Counted from the stretch's first letter, positions 10,079 to 19,687 are shown. The stretch is DNA of 64,000 bases from an uncultured delta proteobacterium (GCA_963778115.1 CAVZSV010000004.1:1440001-1504000); one strand, 5' to 3'. Numbers and translations are program-made. The notes: generated from the sequence alone by a model not told the origin.

Positions 10079-10146
10079 AAGGGAAAGGTACCATCTGGCA
10101 GTTTTCCTTAGTGTAACCGGTTTCTTCAAGCCGGTAAAATGATGGT

Positions 10147-10812
10147 ATGCGTTATGGAATAAGAAAACAGCGGCTAGTGAACACCCTTTTCGGGCTAGCC
10201 CTCACTTTGCTTATTTCGGCGTGTTTCGGAAATGGGGAACCCAATGCCGCAAGTACCTTTACTCCCGGTGGATCCAACACCACCAATGGCACCACCTTTT
10301 TCGATCTCAATCCGACAGCGGTGTGCACCAATTCCAATGGATTAAGCGTATTCGAGTACGAAATCTCTTTGGACGGGCCGACCTTTACCGCCATCGATAC
10401 CTGTAGCGGAGACAAGCAAGTGCTCACCGCGAATCAGCTGATTATCTCCCAGTACTACGGAGTATTAGTCTACCAAGGGAGAATTTATCTTTCCTTAAGC
10501 ACTTATTATGCGGAAGCCTTCTGCCAACCTTCATCTAACACGGTTTCGACAGAGATACTGATCGGAAACAGTACTTCCTTCACCCAACCCGAAGTGTATC
10601 AGACGGGATCGTTAAGCGGGCTCCCACCACAATCAACGAACTTCCCCGTTCAAGTTTCGACTCCTAGTGGTCAGCTCGTTTATCAAACCCAGGACTGGGC
10701 GCTAACTATAGATCTGAATGCCACGGCTTTAGCCACGAACCAATACCCCGCGCTACTTCAAGTGGGAACGGCCGATCCCGTCGATTTTGCCTGTACCGTC
10801 GGCAGCCACTAG
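10147..10812 (+). CDS. Ser/Thr-rich lipoprotein of unknown function
   Basis: Lipobox LISAC; beta-rich, paired Cys. Confidence 0.7.
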   Translation: MRYGIRKQRLVNTLFGLALTLLISACFGNGEPNAASTFTPGGSNTTNGTTFFDLNPTAVCTNSNGLSVFEYEISLDGPTFTAIDTCSGDKQVLTANQLIISQYYGVLVYQGRIYLSLSTYYAEAFCQPSSNTVSTEILIGNSTSFTQPEVYQTGSLSGLPPQSTNFPVQVSTPSGQLVYQTQDWALTIDLNATALATNQYPALLQVGTADPVDFACTVGSH

Positions 10813-10874
10813 CCGCAATAGGCCAATAAACCTATCCTGTACGAATAGCCACCTTTCGGGTAAAAACCGGCCTA

Positions 10875-12125
10875 ATGACTTTAAAAGGAAAACTCTTCTT
10901 TCTCATTCTTTTGTTAATCCCCTGCTGGGTCATGGGAATCCGCTATCAGGTCGATTTTCCGACACTTTATCTGGCCGTGGAGCGAGCAGGTCACGGGGCG
11001 CCCGAGCAGGTTTATCGCGACAAAACAGGCGATGTGGCCACCTATCCGGGAAAAGAGCCCTTCCACGTGAACGGCCATTACTTTTATCCTCCTTTTTCGC
11101 TCTCCTTTTTTCAGCCTCTCACCTGGTTCTCTTATCCAGTCGCTAAGTGGGTTTGGTTAGGAGTGCAAACCCTTTGCTTTTGTCTCTTTTGGAAATTCTT
11201 AAGTCTGCTCTATCCGGTACTACTCACCCGCCAAGCGCGTTGGACCTGGATTCTGGCTTGGATTGTAGCCATCAATCCGATTCATAATAATTTTCAAAGT
11301 AATAACATTCAGATTCTTCTGGCTGCGATCCTCTTCGGGGCCGAAGTACTGACTTACCGCCAGTCTAAAGCGCTCCAATGCCTGGCTGGAGTCTTAGTCT
11401 GCGTCGCGGCTGGACTTAAAGTGTATCCAGCTTTCATGTGCGCTTATTATTTTCTGTTTAAGCCAAACTCGACTCGGATGGGAATTGTTTTAGGAACCCT
11501 ACTCGTCTTTCTCCTACCTTTTCCTTTTTTCGGTTTCGATACTTCCCGCCTTCTCTATCAAGGATTTTTCGCAAGCCTTCCTGCTTACTCGCAAGACAAT
11601 AGCCTCACCGCAACCTGTGACATTCTCTCCTACCCCGCGATGGTCACGATTTATCTAGGACGTTTCCTTTCCCCCGAAGCCCTTAAAGCGGTTATCAATT
11701 ATTCCAGTGTGCTAATTGCAGGAGCACTTTTCTTTAGTATTTGGCGAATGAAACAATTAACCAAATATGAGCCCTTGAATCGATCATGGTCCGTATCCTG
11801 TTGGGCACTCGTGCTGGCCATCATGACGTTTCTTACCCCAAGTGCCAGGCCGCACTATCTGATCTTTCTAGTCCCGGCTTTTGTCTCACTCGCCGAACAG
11901 GCGCGAGTTGCAGTTCAAGGACGCGCTCTTTTTAAAGCGGCCGTCTCTATCGCCGTGGTGTTCGTAGCGCTGACGGCGGAAGGGGTGATAGGGAAATATT
12001 ACAATGACATTTTGGAAGAGTGGAAAATCCCGGTGATGGGAATCGCTATTTTGTGCATCGCCCTTTGGATAGCGCTTAAAAAGATATCGACCTCTTTCGA
12101 ATCTGTCTCTTTGGGGGCCAATTGA
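10875..12125 (+). CDS. GT-C glycosyltransferase family 87 (DUF2029)
   Basis: DFPTLY, YFYPPF, QSNNIQ, LKVYP, PSARPHY motifs; polytopic. Confidence 0.8.
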   Translation: MTLKGKLFFLILLLIPCWVMGIRYQVDFPTLYLAVERAGHGAPEQVYRDKTGDVATYPGKEPFHVNGHYFYPPFSLSFFQPLTWFSYPVAKWVWLGVQTLCFCLFWKFLSLLYPVLLTRQARWTWILAWIVAINPIHNNFQSNNIQILLAAILFGAEVLTYRQSKALQCLAGVLVCVAAGLKVYPAFMCAYYFLFKPNSTRMGIVLGTLLVFLLPFPFFGFDTSRLLYQGFFASLPAYSQDNSLTATCDILSYPAMVTIYLGRFLSPEALKAVINYSSVLIAGALFFSIWRMKQLTKYEPLNRSWSVSCWALVLAIMTFLTPSARPHYLIFLVPAFVSLAEQARVAVQGRALFKAAVSIAVVFVALTAEGVIGKYYNDILEEWKIPVMGIAILCIALWIALKKISTSFESVSLGAN

Positions 12126-13582
12126 TCTCTGAATCGACCATTGAAACACCGCTAATAGCCGTTCCTAGAATCTCTTCGCGAATGTGGATGGCGGGTGCGG
12201 GACTTCTGTTCTGTCTCGTTACGGCCTGTTTTAACGTGGGCTTTATCGCCACCGATGATTTGTACAATGGGATAAGCATTATGATCCCGGCCCAAAAAAT
12301 GCGATCATGGCACGATCTAGCCGCTTATACACATAACCCGCCGGGATCGCGAATTCTTCTAGCCGAGCTTGCTCACCTAGGCGCTACTTTAGGCTTAGAT
12401 CAGCCCGTCAACCAGCTCCGCTTTGCACTGGTACTGCTTTGTCTATTTTCGTTCACTATTAATCTATATTCCGCTTTGGGCCATTTCCGCTGGGAATCGG
12501 GGATTGCCAAGGAACATAAGCAAAACGTCGTTGTCTTTTTGATGGGATTTTATTTTGCGCTTCCTCTGTTTTATAGCCGGGCGCTGGTGGAATCGATATC
12601 AATGCCCTTTTTGACGGCGAGTGCTTTCCTGGCTTGCGTCTATTTTGCATCGGGAAAAAGAAATAGCTTACTTGGAGCGCTGACTTGGCTCGCTGTCGGC
12701 TCTCTTTTTCGCTATCAATTGGGACTTTGTTCGGCAGTCCTATTTATCCTTCCGATAATCAAAAAACGTTACTCGGATCTATTGCCCCTTACCGGTCTTG
12801 CCGTTCTCTTGTTTGTCCTTAGCGGATTTTTCGACATGGCTCTTACGGGAGGGTTTCATCACAGCTTACGAAGCTACTTTCTTTATAATCTTTATAGCGC
12901 GGGTGCCGACTTCGGGCGCGTTCCCTTTTACACTTTTCTATTACTTTTTCTTGGGTTGAGCCTCCCTCCGGTTCTTTTCAGTGGGTATCGAAATTTGGCG
13001 TGGAAAAAAGAATATTACTATTTGCTTCCGACTTTGCTCTATTTCCTCTTTTTTCTGGTGGCCCATTCTCTAGTTCCCCATAAAGAAGAACGTTTCATGA
13101 TTCCGGCGATTCCGCTGTTTCTCATTTTAGTTACCCCACTTGCGGTCTACTTATGGAAAGTACAAAGATCTCGTTGGCGGGTGTGGTACTTCATGGTCCT
13201 TAATACCGTTTTATTGTTCTCCGTCTCCTTTAATATTCCTCAAAACAATATTATAGGGCTGGCCCTTTTTATGGATCGGCATCCTCAATACCGCTCGCTA
13301 TGGGCGGTGGGAAACACTTTAGTGGTCTTTCCCACAGCTTTCATTCGCAGAGAAGTTCCCTACCAAAGTTTTATTCCCGAGAAAATGGGTGAATATCATC
13401 CTACCTGCGAGGAGTTACTCGCCGTGAGGCAGGACTACGAAGCTGCCGTTTCCAATTCACCCGTCCCGTTAAGAAAGATTGCCGAATTTCAACCCGGTTG
13501 GCTGGAAGCCCTGATTGTGAGGGCAAACCCCAGCAAAAACTATCGCCGTTCGGCCATAAGCCTTTACACTTCGTGCAACTAA
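12122..13582 (+). CDS. GT22-like (PIG-B/ALG9 family) mannosyltransferase
   Basis: PHKEERFMIP hallmark, SRALVES, FRYQ, N-terminal DD loop; polytopic. Confidence 0.75.
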   Translation: MISESTIETPLIAVPRISSRMWMAGAGLLFCLVTACFNVGFIATDDLYNGISIMIPAQKMRSWHDLAAYTHNPPGSRILLAELAHLGATLGLDQPVNQLRFALVLLCLFSFTINLYSALGHFRWESGIAKEHKQNVVVFLMGFYFALPLFYSRALVESISMPFLTASAFLACVYFASGKRNSLLGALTWLAVGSLFRYQLGLCSAVLFILPIIKKRYSDLLPLTGLAVLLFVLSGFFDMALTGGFHHSLRSYFLYNLYSAGADFGRVPFYTFLLLFLGLSLPPVLFSGYRNLAWKKEYYYLLPTLLYFLFFLVAHSLVPHKEERFMIPAIPLFLILVTPLAVYLWKVQRSRWRVWYFMVLNTVLLFSVSFNIPQNNIIGLALFMDRHPQYRSLWAVGNTLVVFPTAFIRREVPYQSFIPEKMGEYHPTCEELLAVRQDYEAAVSNSPVPLRKIAEFQPGWLEALIVRANPSKNYRRSAISLYTSCN

Positions 13583-15510
13583 AAGTCTGAGTAAAAGAAA
13601 AGCTCACCGTCTGGACTTACCGTTCGCGGAACCTGGCTGGCAATAGCAGTCTGAATTGTCTTATTACATTCCGCACAAATCGAGGCCCAGGTCTTATCGT
13701 AGATAAAATACCGAGGCCCCTGCTCTTTGCGAAGATAACGGAGGAGAAGATCGAAATCGGCCGGAACCACCATCTCCGAAGCACTCGGAAGCTTTAAGGG
13801 ACATCGAGAATTTAGGTCCATATGGAAAATTGCGGCTTTGTGAGAAAGAATAACGACCTGCTTGCCTGCAATCCCTAGCGTTCGCACAAACTCTCGCTGC
13901 TTTTCCAACTTACTCATTTCGATAAGCTGTCCTTTAGCTCGAGGTAACGTTGCTACTGCGCGTCCCGCGCTATTCACCGTGGTAATAGTGAGAAGCAGAA
14001 CGACGGGAAGGGCAACCATCCGCTTCAGGAAAAACTCTGATGGCATCGATAAGATTTGATCGGCCGCTATACTTATCAAAATCACTGACGGCCACGACAC
14101 CGCCATAAGGGCAAAATAGTGGGCTCTCATGATGTGATAGGCAAAAAGACCGCTTCCCAGGAGAGAGAGGAAAAAGACCATGCGCGGTAAGAGTGCTGAT
14201 CGCTCTTTCGCTTCACGATATTGCCAGCAGTAAGCAAACCCAGCCACGTAAGAGGTAGCAAAGAGAACCCAAGTTTGAGCCACTCCAATGAATGAGCTCA
14301 TGAACCCTTGTCCAAAATAGCTATTCTGAAACCGAATCGTTTCAGTAAGACTGGGAAAGACTCCGCCAGCGAACTTCAACCAGCCGAAGAAAGCAAGAAA
14401 GACTAGCGCTTCAAGACCCAAAAGTATTATCCCCTGACGTACCAAACAGCGAACGACGGCCCCCACTCGAAAAGTGTCCAGCCAAACGTCTATCGCCAGA
14501 GTCGCCCACCAACAGAGCAAAACAGGAACGCCAAAATCCATATTCCAAAGGGGAGCAAATACCGCGAACGCCGTCACTCCCCAATAGATCCTGGAACTCT
14601 TTTTAGGAAAGTATGTGGCAATTCCCAAGGTCATCACCGTCGTGGGAAGAAACCGGATAGGAAGAACCGCCCAATAGGGGCGAAAGTGGACAAAATGGAC
14701 ATAATAGAGGCAGCTAATAAAACAGAGAATGCCGAGAGGAACGGAGACTATGACTCTTCTCAAAGCCAACCACAAACAAGCCATTTCTATAACGCAAAAG
14801 ACAGCCACCAAAACACTTAGGGAAGTCGGAGTGAAAGGAATAAACCAGAGAATTTTTGCCAAGATAAAACCGTAATTTCCGTATTGGCTGAAATAATCGA
14901 GTAGAGGAAGCCCTCCTAAATGAGCTTGAACTAACGAGTAGTGAGTCGCGTTGTAATCGACTTGATTGTCGTGAAGACCGAGTGTCCCAGGGTTAACCAG
15001 CAAAGCATACGTGTGGTCGTTTAAGACTCCCACGATCACCAAGAGCAGCAATATCAGACTTATCGTTAGAGAAAAGTAGTTTAGTTTAGCTTGCCATTTC
15101 TTCTTCAGAGCAAAGCACGGCCCCGCAATACCAAGCGAGATTACTAACCCTAGAGCAAGAAGCGGGATCGATAGCCAAGGCGAACTATAAACAGATTTTT
15201 GGTACTTAGGAAAGCATGCAAGAAGCGCGCAAAAGATTCCCCCCATCACCCAGCGCGACTTTTGAATCACCGAACCCAAGCGATAGGCCAATCGGCTACT
15301 AATCGCTACGATGGGAAAAATAACGACAAGTGCCAGCAGGTACAGGTTTTTCTGTAAGCGATATGAAAATTCGTGTTGCGAAGCGACCAGGGCGAATACT
15401 CTTTGGGATCCAAAGAGAAAAAAACCAAGAAGCAAAATGGCCATCAGCGTCGTGACAGCCAGAAGAACAAATTGCTGATTCGATTTTGAAGAGTGCCGCA
15501 CCCCTCCCAT
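13579..15510 (-). CDS. Large polytopic membrane protein, GT-C-like
   Basis: More than 12 TM segments, DYFSQYG loop, soluble C-terminal domain. Confidence 0.55.
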   Translation of the reverse strand: MGGVRHSSKSNQQFVLLAVTTLMAILLLGFFLFGSQRVFALVASQHEFSYRLQKNLYLLALVVIFPIVAISSRLAYRLGSVIQKSRWVMGGIFCALLACFPKYQKSVYSSPWLSIPLLALGLVISLGIAGPCFALKKKWQAKLNYFSLTISLILLLLVIVGVLNDHTYALLVNPGTLGLHDNQVDYNATHYSLVQAHLGGLPLLDYFSQYGNYGFILAKILWFIPFTPTSLSVLVAVFCVIEMACLWLALRRVIVSVPLGILCFISCLYYVHFVHFRPYWAVLPIRFLPTTVMTLGIATYFPKKSSRIYWGVTAFAVFAPLWNMDFGVPVLLCWWATLAIDVWLDTFRVGAVVRCLVRQGIILLGLEALVFLAFFGWLKFAGGVFPSLTETIRFQNSYFGQGFMSSFIGVAQTWVLFATSYVAGFAYCWQYREAKERSALLPRMVFFLSLLGSGLFAYHIMRAHYFALMAVSWPSVILISIAADQILSMPSEFFLKRMVALPVVLLLTITTVNSAGRAVATLPRAKGQLIEMSKLEKQREFVRTLGIAGKQVVILSHKAAIFHMDLNSRCPLKLPSASEMVVPADFDLLLRYLRKEQGPRYFIYDKTWASICAECNKTIQTAIASQVPRTVSPDGELFFYSDF

Positions 15511-15553
15511 TAGTAGACGGGAAGCCTGATAATTTCAAACCTCCATTTTAGGA

Positions 15554-15611
15554 CCACAGAAAGGTAGGCCGTACCTTCTTGTACAAGAAGGTACGGCCTA
15601 CCTTTCTGTGG
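15554..15611. repeat. Perfect 58-bp palindrome with no spacer
   Basis: CCACAGAAAGGTAGGCCGTACCTTCTTGT followed directly by its reverse complement. Confidence 0.95.
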
Positions 15612-15638
15612 ACGGCCGGCTTTTTTGAGCCGGCCGTC
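15611..15638 (-). terminator. GC-rich hairpin downstream of 15647..16003
   Basis: GACGGCCGGCT/AGCCGGCCGTC 11-bp stem, 6-nt loop; no U-tract directly after the stem. Confidence 0.5.
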
Positions 15639-15646
15639 GATGTTTC

Positions 15647-16003
15647 TTACGGACACGCATCCGAATAGGACGAGGTGGAACCATCGTCACTACTCGCGTA
15701 ACAATAAACTTCGCCGACATCTCCCGTTTCATAGGAACAATAGACGTAGTCGCCTTGGGCATTACAGCCTATTTGACGGCCGCTCGCGTTGCAGGTCAGC
15801 GTACCCGTATCGCAAGATCCGCTGCCTTCCGTTGACCAAGTCCCTTCGTCATGGGCCTTTTTTGCCGGAGTCGCGGAAGGTGTTGCAAGTACCTGTTTCC
15901 CCGTCGAAGTTGTCGTCGAAGCTGCGGGCTGTCCGGCATACGCCATAAGACCCGACATTGCCACTGCGGCTAAAACCGCAAATCCATATTTCATAATACG
16001 CAC
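15647..16003 (-). CDS. Small secreted protein with Ser/Thr linker and 6-Cys C-terminal domain
   Basis: Signal peptide ending AYA; six Cys in the last ~55 aa; GGGGGA SD. Confidence 0.8.
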   Translation of the reverse strand: MRIMKYGFAVLAAVAMSGLMAYAGQPAASTTTSTGKQVLATPSATPAKKAHDEGTWSTEGSGSCDTGTLTCNASGRQIGCNAQGDYVYCSYETGDVGEVYCYASSDDGSTSSYSDACP

Positions 16004-16060
16004 AGTATCCCCCTTGTTTTGACTGAATGACTGAGATAACTCCCCGCGAGATTGGGAAGG

Positions 16061-16076
16061 AGCAAGTAACGTGCCA
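16061..16076 (-). promoter_or_regulatory. sigma54 promoter
   Basis: TGGCAC-GTTAC-TTGCT, exact consensus. Confidence 0.8.
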
Positions 16077-16244
16077 CACGGATTTAGCCTTGGTGAAATT
16101 CCGAGCGGGAATTTTTTTTATGGCCCGGTAACTTTCCGCTCCAGGCACTCCCAGTAGGCCTTTCAACATGTCATTTCAATCTTTCTGGAGAAATTTCCGA
16201 AAAGTAAGAGAAGCGGTCCAACTCAGATCTCTCAAATTAACTCG

Positions 16245-17678
16245 ATGCATCCAAAACCTAACCCAAAAAAACGCAACGAAGCCATCCCAGCGAAAAGTCG
16301 CAAGGCATTAACTCTTGTCCAATCAAGTCCCAATACCAACCCTCGCCGGGTTCAACTTCTTACTCTGTTTTTGGTGCTAAGCGCATTCATGCACTTTGTG
16401 TCCCTCTCTTATCCCTCGGGGAATGTATTTGATGAAGTCTATTATGGGAGAGCGATTCGAAGCTTCCACGACAGACAGACCTGCTTCACGGGTCATCCGC
16501 CCCATTCTTTGTTGGTGATGACTGCCATCTCGAGTTTGGCCGGCTATCACGGGGGAGGCCATTTTGAAAAGATAGGGCTGACCAACGATCCTAAGATGTA
16601 TTGGCAAATGCGACTTGGCCCAGCCCTGATCGGGACTCTGTTACCGGTCCTGTTTTTTCTTTTTATCGAAGCTCTCGGTGGCTCGCTAGCAGCGGCAACA
16701 CTCGGGGCAGCAGCCGTCCTATTCGATAACGCCATCCTCACTCAGACTAGAACCATTGCTCAAGATGGATTTCTTCTCTTTTGGATGTTTAGTGCTCTTC
16801 TCGTCACACTGTATGCCGCAAAGACCCGGTCCCTTTCCAAGTATGGCGGTAAATTAGTGTTTGCGGGAGCCCTGGCGGGCATGGCAAGCGGCACGAAATT
16901 TACAGGAATCACAGCACCGGTGATGGTGATACTGATTATCGCCATGGGATACGGTTCGGAAGGTGCTTCTAAAAGCCTCTCCACAAAAATGCTGGGTATC
17001 GTCTCTTTCCTTTCTGGGTTCGCTCTCGCCTACTTTGCCGGCTTTTGGGTTTATTTTTCCATGCTCTCCGGATCGGCCGATTCGGTTCCTTTCTTCGTTC
17101 GGACGGGCCACTTCTTTGCAGATACGATCTCATACCAGCGCGCTGCTTTTGGGGTTCATGAAAACACGACACAAAATCATCCCTATGGAAGTTCGTGGTG
17201 GAGCTGGCCTTTGCTTCGACGCCCCATCTATTTGTGGACTAATCTGAAGGCACAACTCTACTTACTGGGAAATCCTGTCTTGTGGTGGGGTTCGTCGGCT
17301 CTAGTGGCTCTTATCGCTTCGGTCACCCTCCTCTCCGTCAACGGAACGTCGCGTTTTGCCCTCTCCCGAGAGCGCTGGAGGAAACTTGTAATTCCCGCTA
17401 TTGGATTTTTCATCGCCTATTTGCCTCACGTCATGATCCGGCGAGTGATGTTTCTCTATCATTACCTCCCTTCGCTAGGGTTCGTAATCGCCTTTTGCTC
17501 CTTATGGCTCGATGATTCAGGCTGGATTTCGAAGGGCGACTTGCGAGAGCAGAAAAAGAGTTACTATTTCGTTCTATTTCTCTTCTTCGGGGGTTTTGCC
17601 TTATTTTCTCCCATCACTTTGGGTTACGCAGCCCCTCAAAGCTACTATAATTTCGTCTTTAGTATATTTCCACGATAG
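16245..17678 (+). CDS. pmt: Protein O-mannosyltransferase (PMT, GT39)
   Basis: VFDEVYY (DE motif), HPP, HPYGSSWWSWPLLRRPI, GNPVLWW, RVMFLYHYLP. Confidence 0.88.
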   Translation: MHPKPNPKKRNEAIPAKSRKALTLVQSSPNTNPRRVQLLTLFLVLSAFMHFVSLSYPSGNVFDEVYYGRAIRSFHDRQTCFTGHPPHSLLVMTAISSLAGYHGGGHFEKIGLTNDPKMYWQMRLGPALIGTLLPVLFFLFIEALGGSLAAATLGAAAVLFDNAILTQTRTIAQDGFLLFWMFSALLVTLYAAKTRSLSKYGGKLVFAGALAGMASGTKFTGITAPVMVILIIAMGYGSEGASKSLSTKMLGIVSFLSGFALAYFAGFWVYFSMLSGSADSVPFFVRTGHFFADTISYQRAAFGVHENTTQNHPYGSSWWSWPLLRRPIYLWTNLKAQLYLLGNPVLWWGSSALVALIASVTLLSVNGTSRFALSRERWRKLVIPAIGFFIAYLPHVMIRRVMFLYHYLPSLGFVIAFCSLWLDDSGWISKGDLREQKKSYYFVLFLFFGGFALFSPITLGYAAPQSYYNFVFSIFPR

Positions 17679-17781
17679 CCATCACATTGGGTTCACAATC
17701 GCTTCATAATTGAGCGCATCCTTTCGCGAAATTCTCCCATAGGCATCAGGCATGATGATATTTATCTGGGGGTTGTATTTC

Positions 17782-18705
17782 GTGCGTGCTCTTTTTCTTA
17801 ACGGTCTGGGCATCGGGCTTTTCAGCCTTCTTATGACGGCGCTATCCGCTTGCGCCAATAGCACGTCGACCGCTACTCTCGCCGCCCCCAGTACCGAATC
17901 GGTTCAACAAACCAGCTCATTTCCCGCCGTGGTGGAAGTCATCCTGCCCGGAGGCTTTGGACTTTGCACCGGTACTTTTATCTCCCCCAGTACGGTCTTG
18001 ACCGCTGCTCATTGCTCGCTTTCTTCCGGTACGTATACGGTTAACTCTTCTTTTGGAGTCTTTTACACGTCAACGGTCGTAACCTATGGTCCCGGGACCG
18101 TCGGAGATCCCAATGACATCGCTATTCTCCAATTCGACGAAAACGCCGCGGATCCGTCACAGGGGCAAGTGCTTGCTTTAGGAACTATGGCTCCCTCAGT
18201 CGGCCAACAGATTCAGGTCGTGGGGTTTGGATGCGACAATCTAGATACCCAGCAAGGGGTGGGAGAAAAAAGAACCGGAACTAATGTCATTATGAGCATC
18301 GACAATTTCTTGGAGCTGTTGACCACTCCCACGGCAGCGCTATTACAAAGCCACCTTGCCGCTAAAGATATTTTAGGTCCTGAGAATCAAGCAGGATCGT
18401 GCTTTGGGGATTCCGGCGGTCCGATGTTACTGACGCAGGGAAATTCGACGAGAGTAGTAGGAGCCACTCACGCGGGCGGATGGAACAATATGATGATCCA
18501 ATCTGAGTATATCAATCTGGGTAGAAACGATAACCAAGCCTTCCTTCGCGAAATCGATGGGCGATATGATTTGCATCTCTTTAATGGATGCTGGACCTCC
18601 GACGATCCCGAAGCCTGTGGTCCTTCTTCGGCAAGCTTTCACTTGTCGAGCGTCTTGCATCGTCTATGGCTCGGAATCTGCCGCCTTATAACCTATCTAT
18701 TTTAG
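17782..18705 (+). CDS. Trypsin-like (S1) serine protease, lipoprotein
   Basis: TAAHC, DIA, GDSGGP triad; lipobox LSAC; GTG start behind GGGGG. Confidence 0.9.
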   Translation: MRALFLNGLGIGLFSLLMTALSACANSTSTATLAAPSTESVQQTSSFPAVVEVILPGGFGLCTGTFISPSTVLTAAHCSLSSGTYTVNSSFGVFYTSTVVTYGPGTVGDPNDIAILQFDENAADPSQGQVLALGTMAPSVGQQIQVVGFGCDNLDTQQGVGEKRTGTNVIMSIDNFLELLTTPTAALLQSHLAAKDILGPENQAGSCFGDSGGPMLLTQGNSTRVVGATHAGGWNNMMIQSEYINLGRNDNQAFLREIDGRYDLHLFNGCWTSDDPEACGPSSASFHLSSVLHRLWLGICRLITYLF

Positions 18706-18712
18706 AATATAA

Positions 18713-19687
18713 TTAAGGGCTCATCGGAGCAGTGATGCTCAATCCCGTGGTCGGACCAACTAGACTAGAGCCTTGTGCAGAAGTCGTCGTTAGCGCTTGC
18801 GCCGCTATTGCGGGAGAAAGCGTCGAAGAACCTGATACGACGGTACCCACGGGATAAGAAGTTCCCGAGTAAGTCGTAGGATAAGAGGTTCCAGAATAGG
18901 TTGTGGGATAGGAAGTTCCCGCATAACCTGTGGGGTATCCCGCACTGATCGCCGAACCGCCACTTAAAGAACTCACTCCCGTGCCGCCTACGCCTGGATA
19001 TCCGTAACCGTAACCCGTAGCAGAACCCGCAATGGCGCCATAGCTACCTGATTGTGCCCAAAGATCGTTAGGCGCTCCCGTGACTCCGGCATAGCCGGGA
19101 TAAGACGAACCGGTATAGCCGGGATAAGAAGAAGCTCCATAACCAGGATAAGCGGATCCACCGCTAAGTCCCGAAGACGCAAAAGATCCGCTATTAGCCT
19201 GAAGCTGTTGTACATAGGGATACATCTGAGCCAACTGCGCTTGAATCGAGCTTGCTTGATTGCTCAATTGTTGGATCGCTTGGAAACCCTCGGGCGACGG
19301 ATTGGAAGAGTTTTGCATTTCAGCCTCTTGAAGTTGGGGCTGAATTTGGGCCAGCTCTGCCTGTAATTGGTAGTATTGGCCTATTACGCCACCAGCTAAA
19401 TTTGCGGAGCCGATTTGTGTGCTGCCAGAGATAAGATAGTCACTGTTGTAAGCATTTAACGCTGAAGCGTTGGAGCCATAATTGGTTGGATTGTTCGCGT
19501 ACCAGCTGTTGCCGTTACTGTTCCAAGTGTTATTCCAACTGCCACCGTTGTTGTTATTCCAATTATTATTATTATTGCTGTTCCAATTGTTGTTCCCGTT
19601 ATTATTGTTCCAGTTATTGTGATCCGCTTGAGCGGTATTGGTTATCAGGAACAATCCGGCGAAGATGATGGCAATTGTGCGTTTCAT
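18713..19687 (-). CDS. Secreted low-complexity Asn/Gln/Gly/Ser/Tyr-rich protein
   Basis: Signal peptide ending AQA; W-spaced poly-Asn, Gln-rich helix, YPGY and TSYPTTYSG repeats. Confidence 0.8.
   Translation of the reverse strand: MKRTIAIIFAGLFLITNTAQADHNNWNNNNGNNNWNSNNNNNWNNNNGGSWNNTWNSNGNSWYANNPTNYGSNASALNAYNSDYLISGSTQIGSANLAGGVIGQYYQLQAELAQIQPQLQEAEMQNSSNPSPEGFQAIQQLSNQASSIQAQLAQMYPYVQQLQANSGSFASSGLSGGSAYPGYGASSYPGYTGSSYPGYAGVTGAPNDLWAQSGSYGAIAGSATGYGYGYPGVGGTGVSSLSGGSAISAGYPTGYAGTSYPTTYSGTSYPTTYSGTSYPVGTVVSGSSTLSPAIAAQALTTTSAQGSSLVGPTTGLSITAPMSP

Noticed and set aside
10092..10110. TGGCAG as a sigma54 promoter for the lipoprotein at 10147
   Set aside because: No GC at the -12 position
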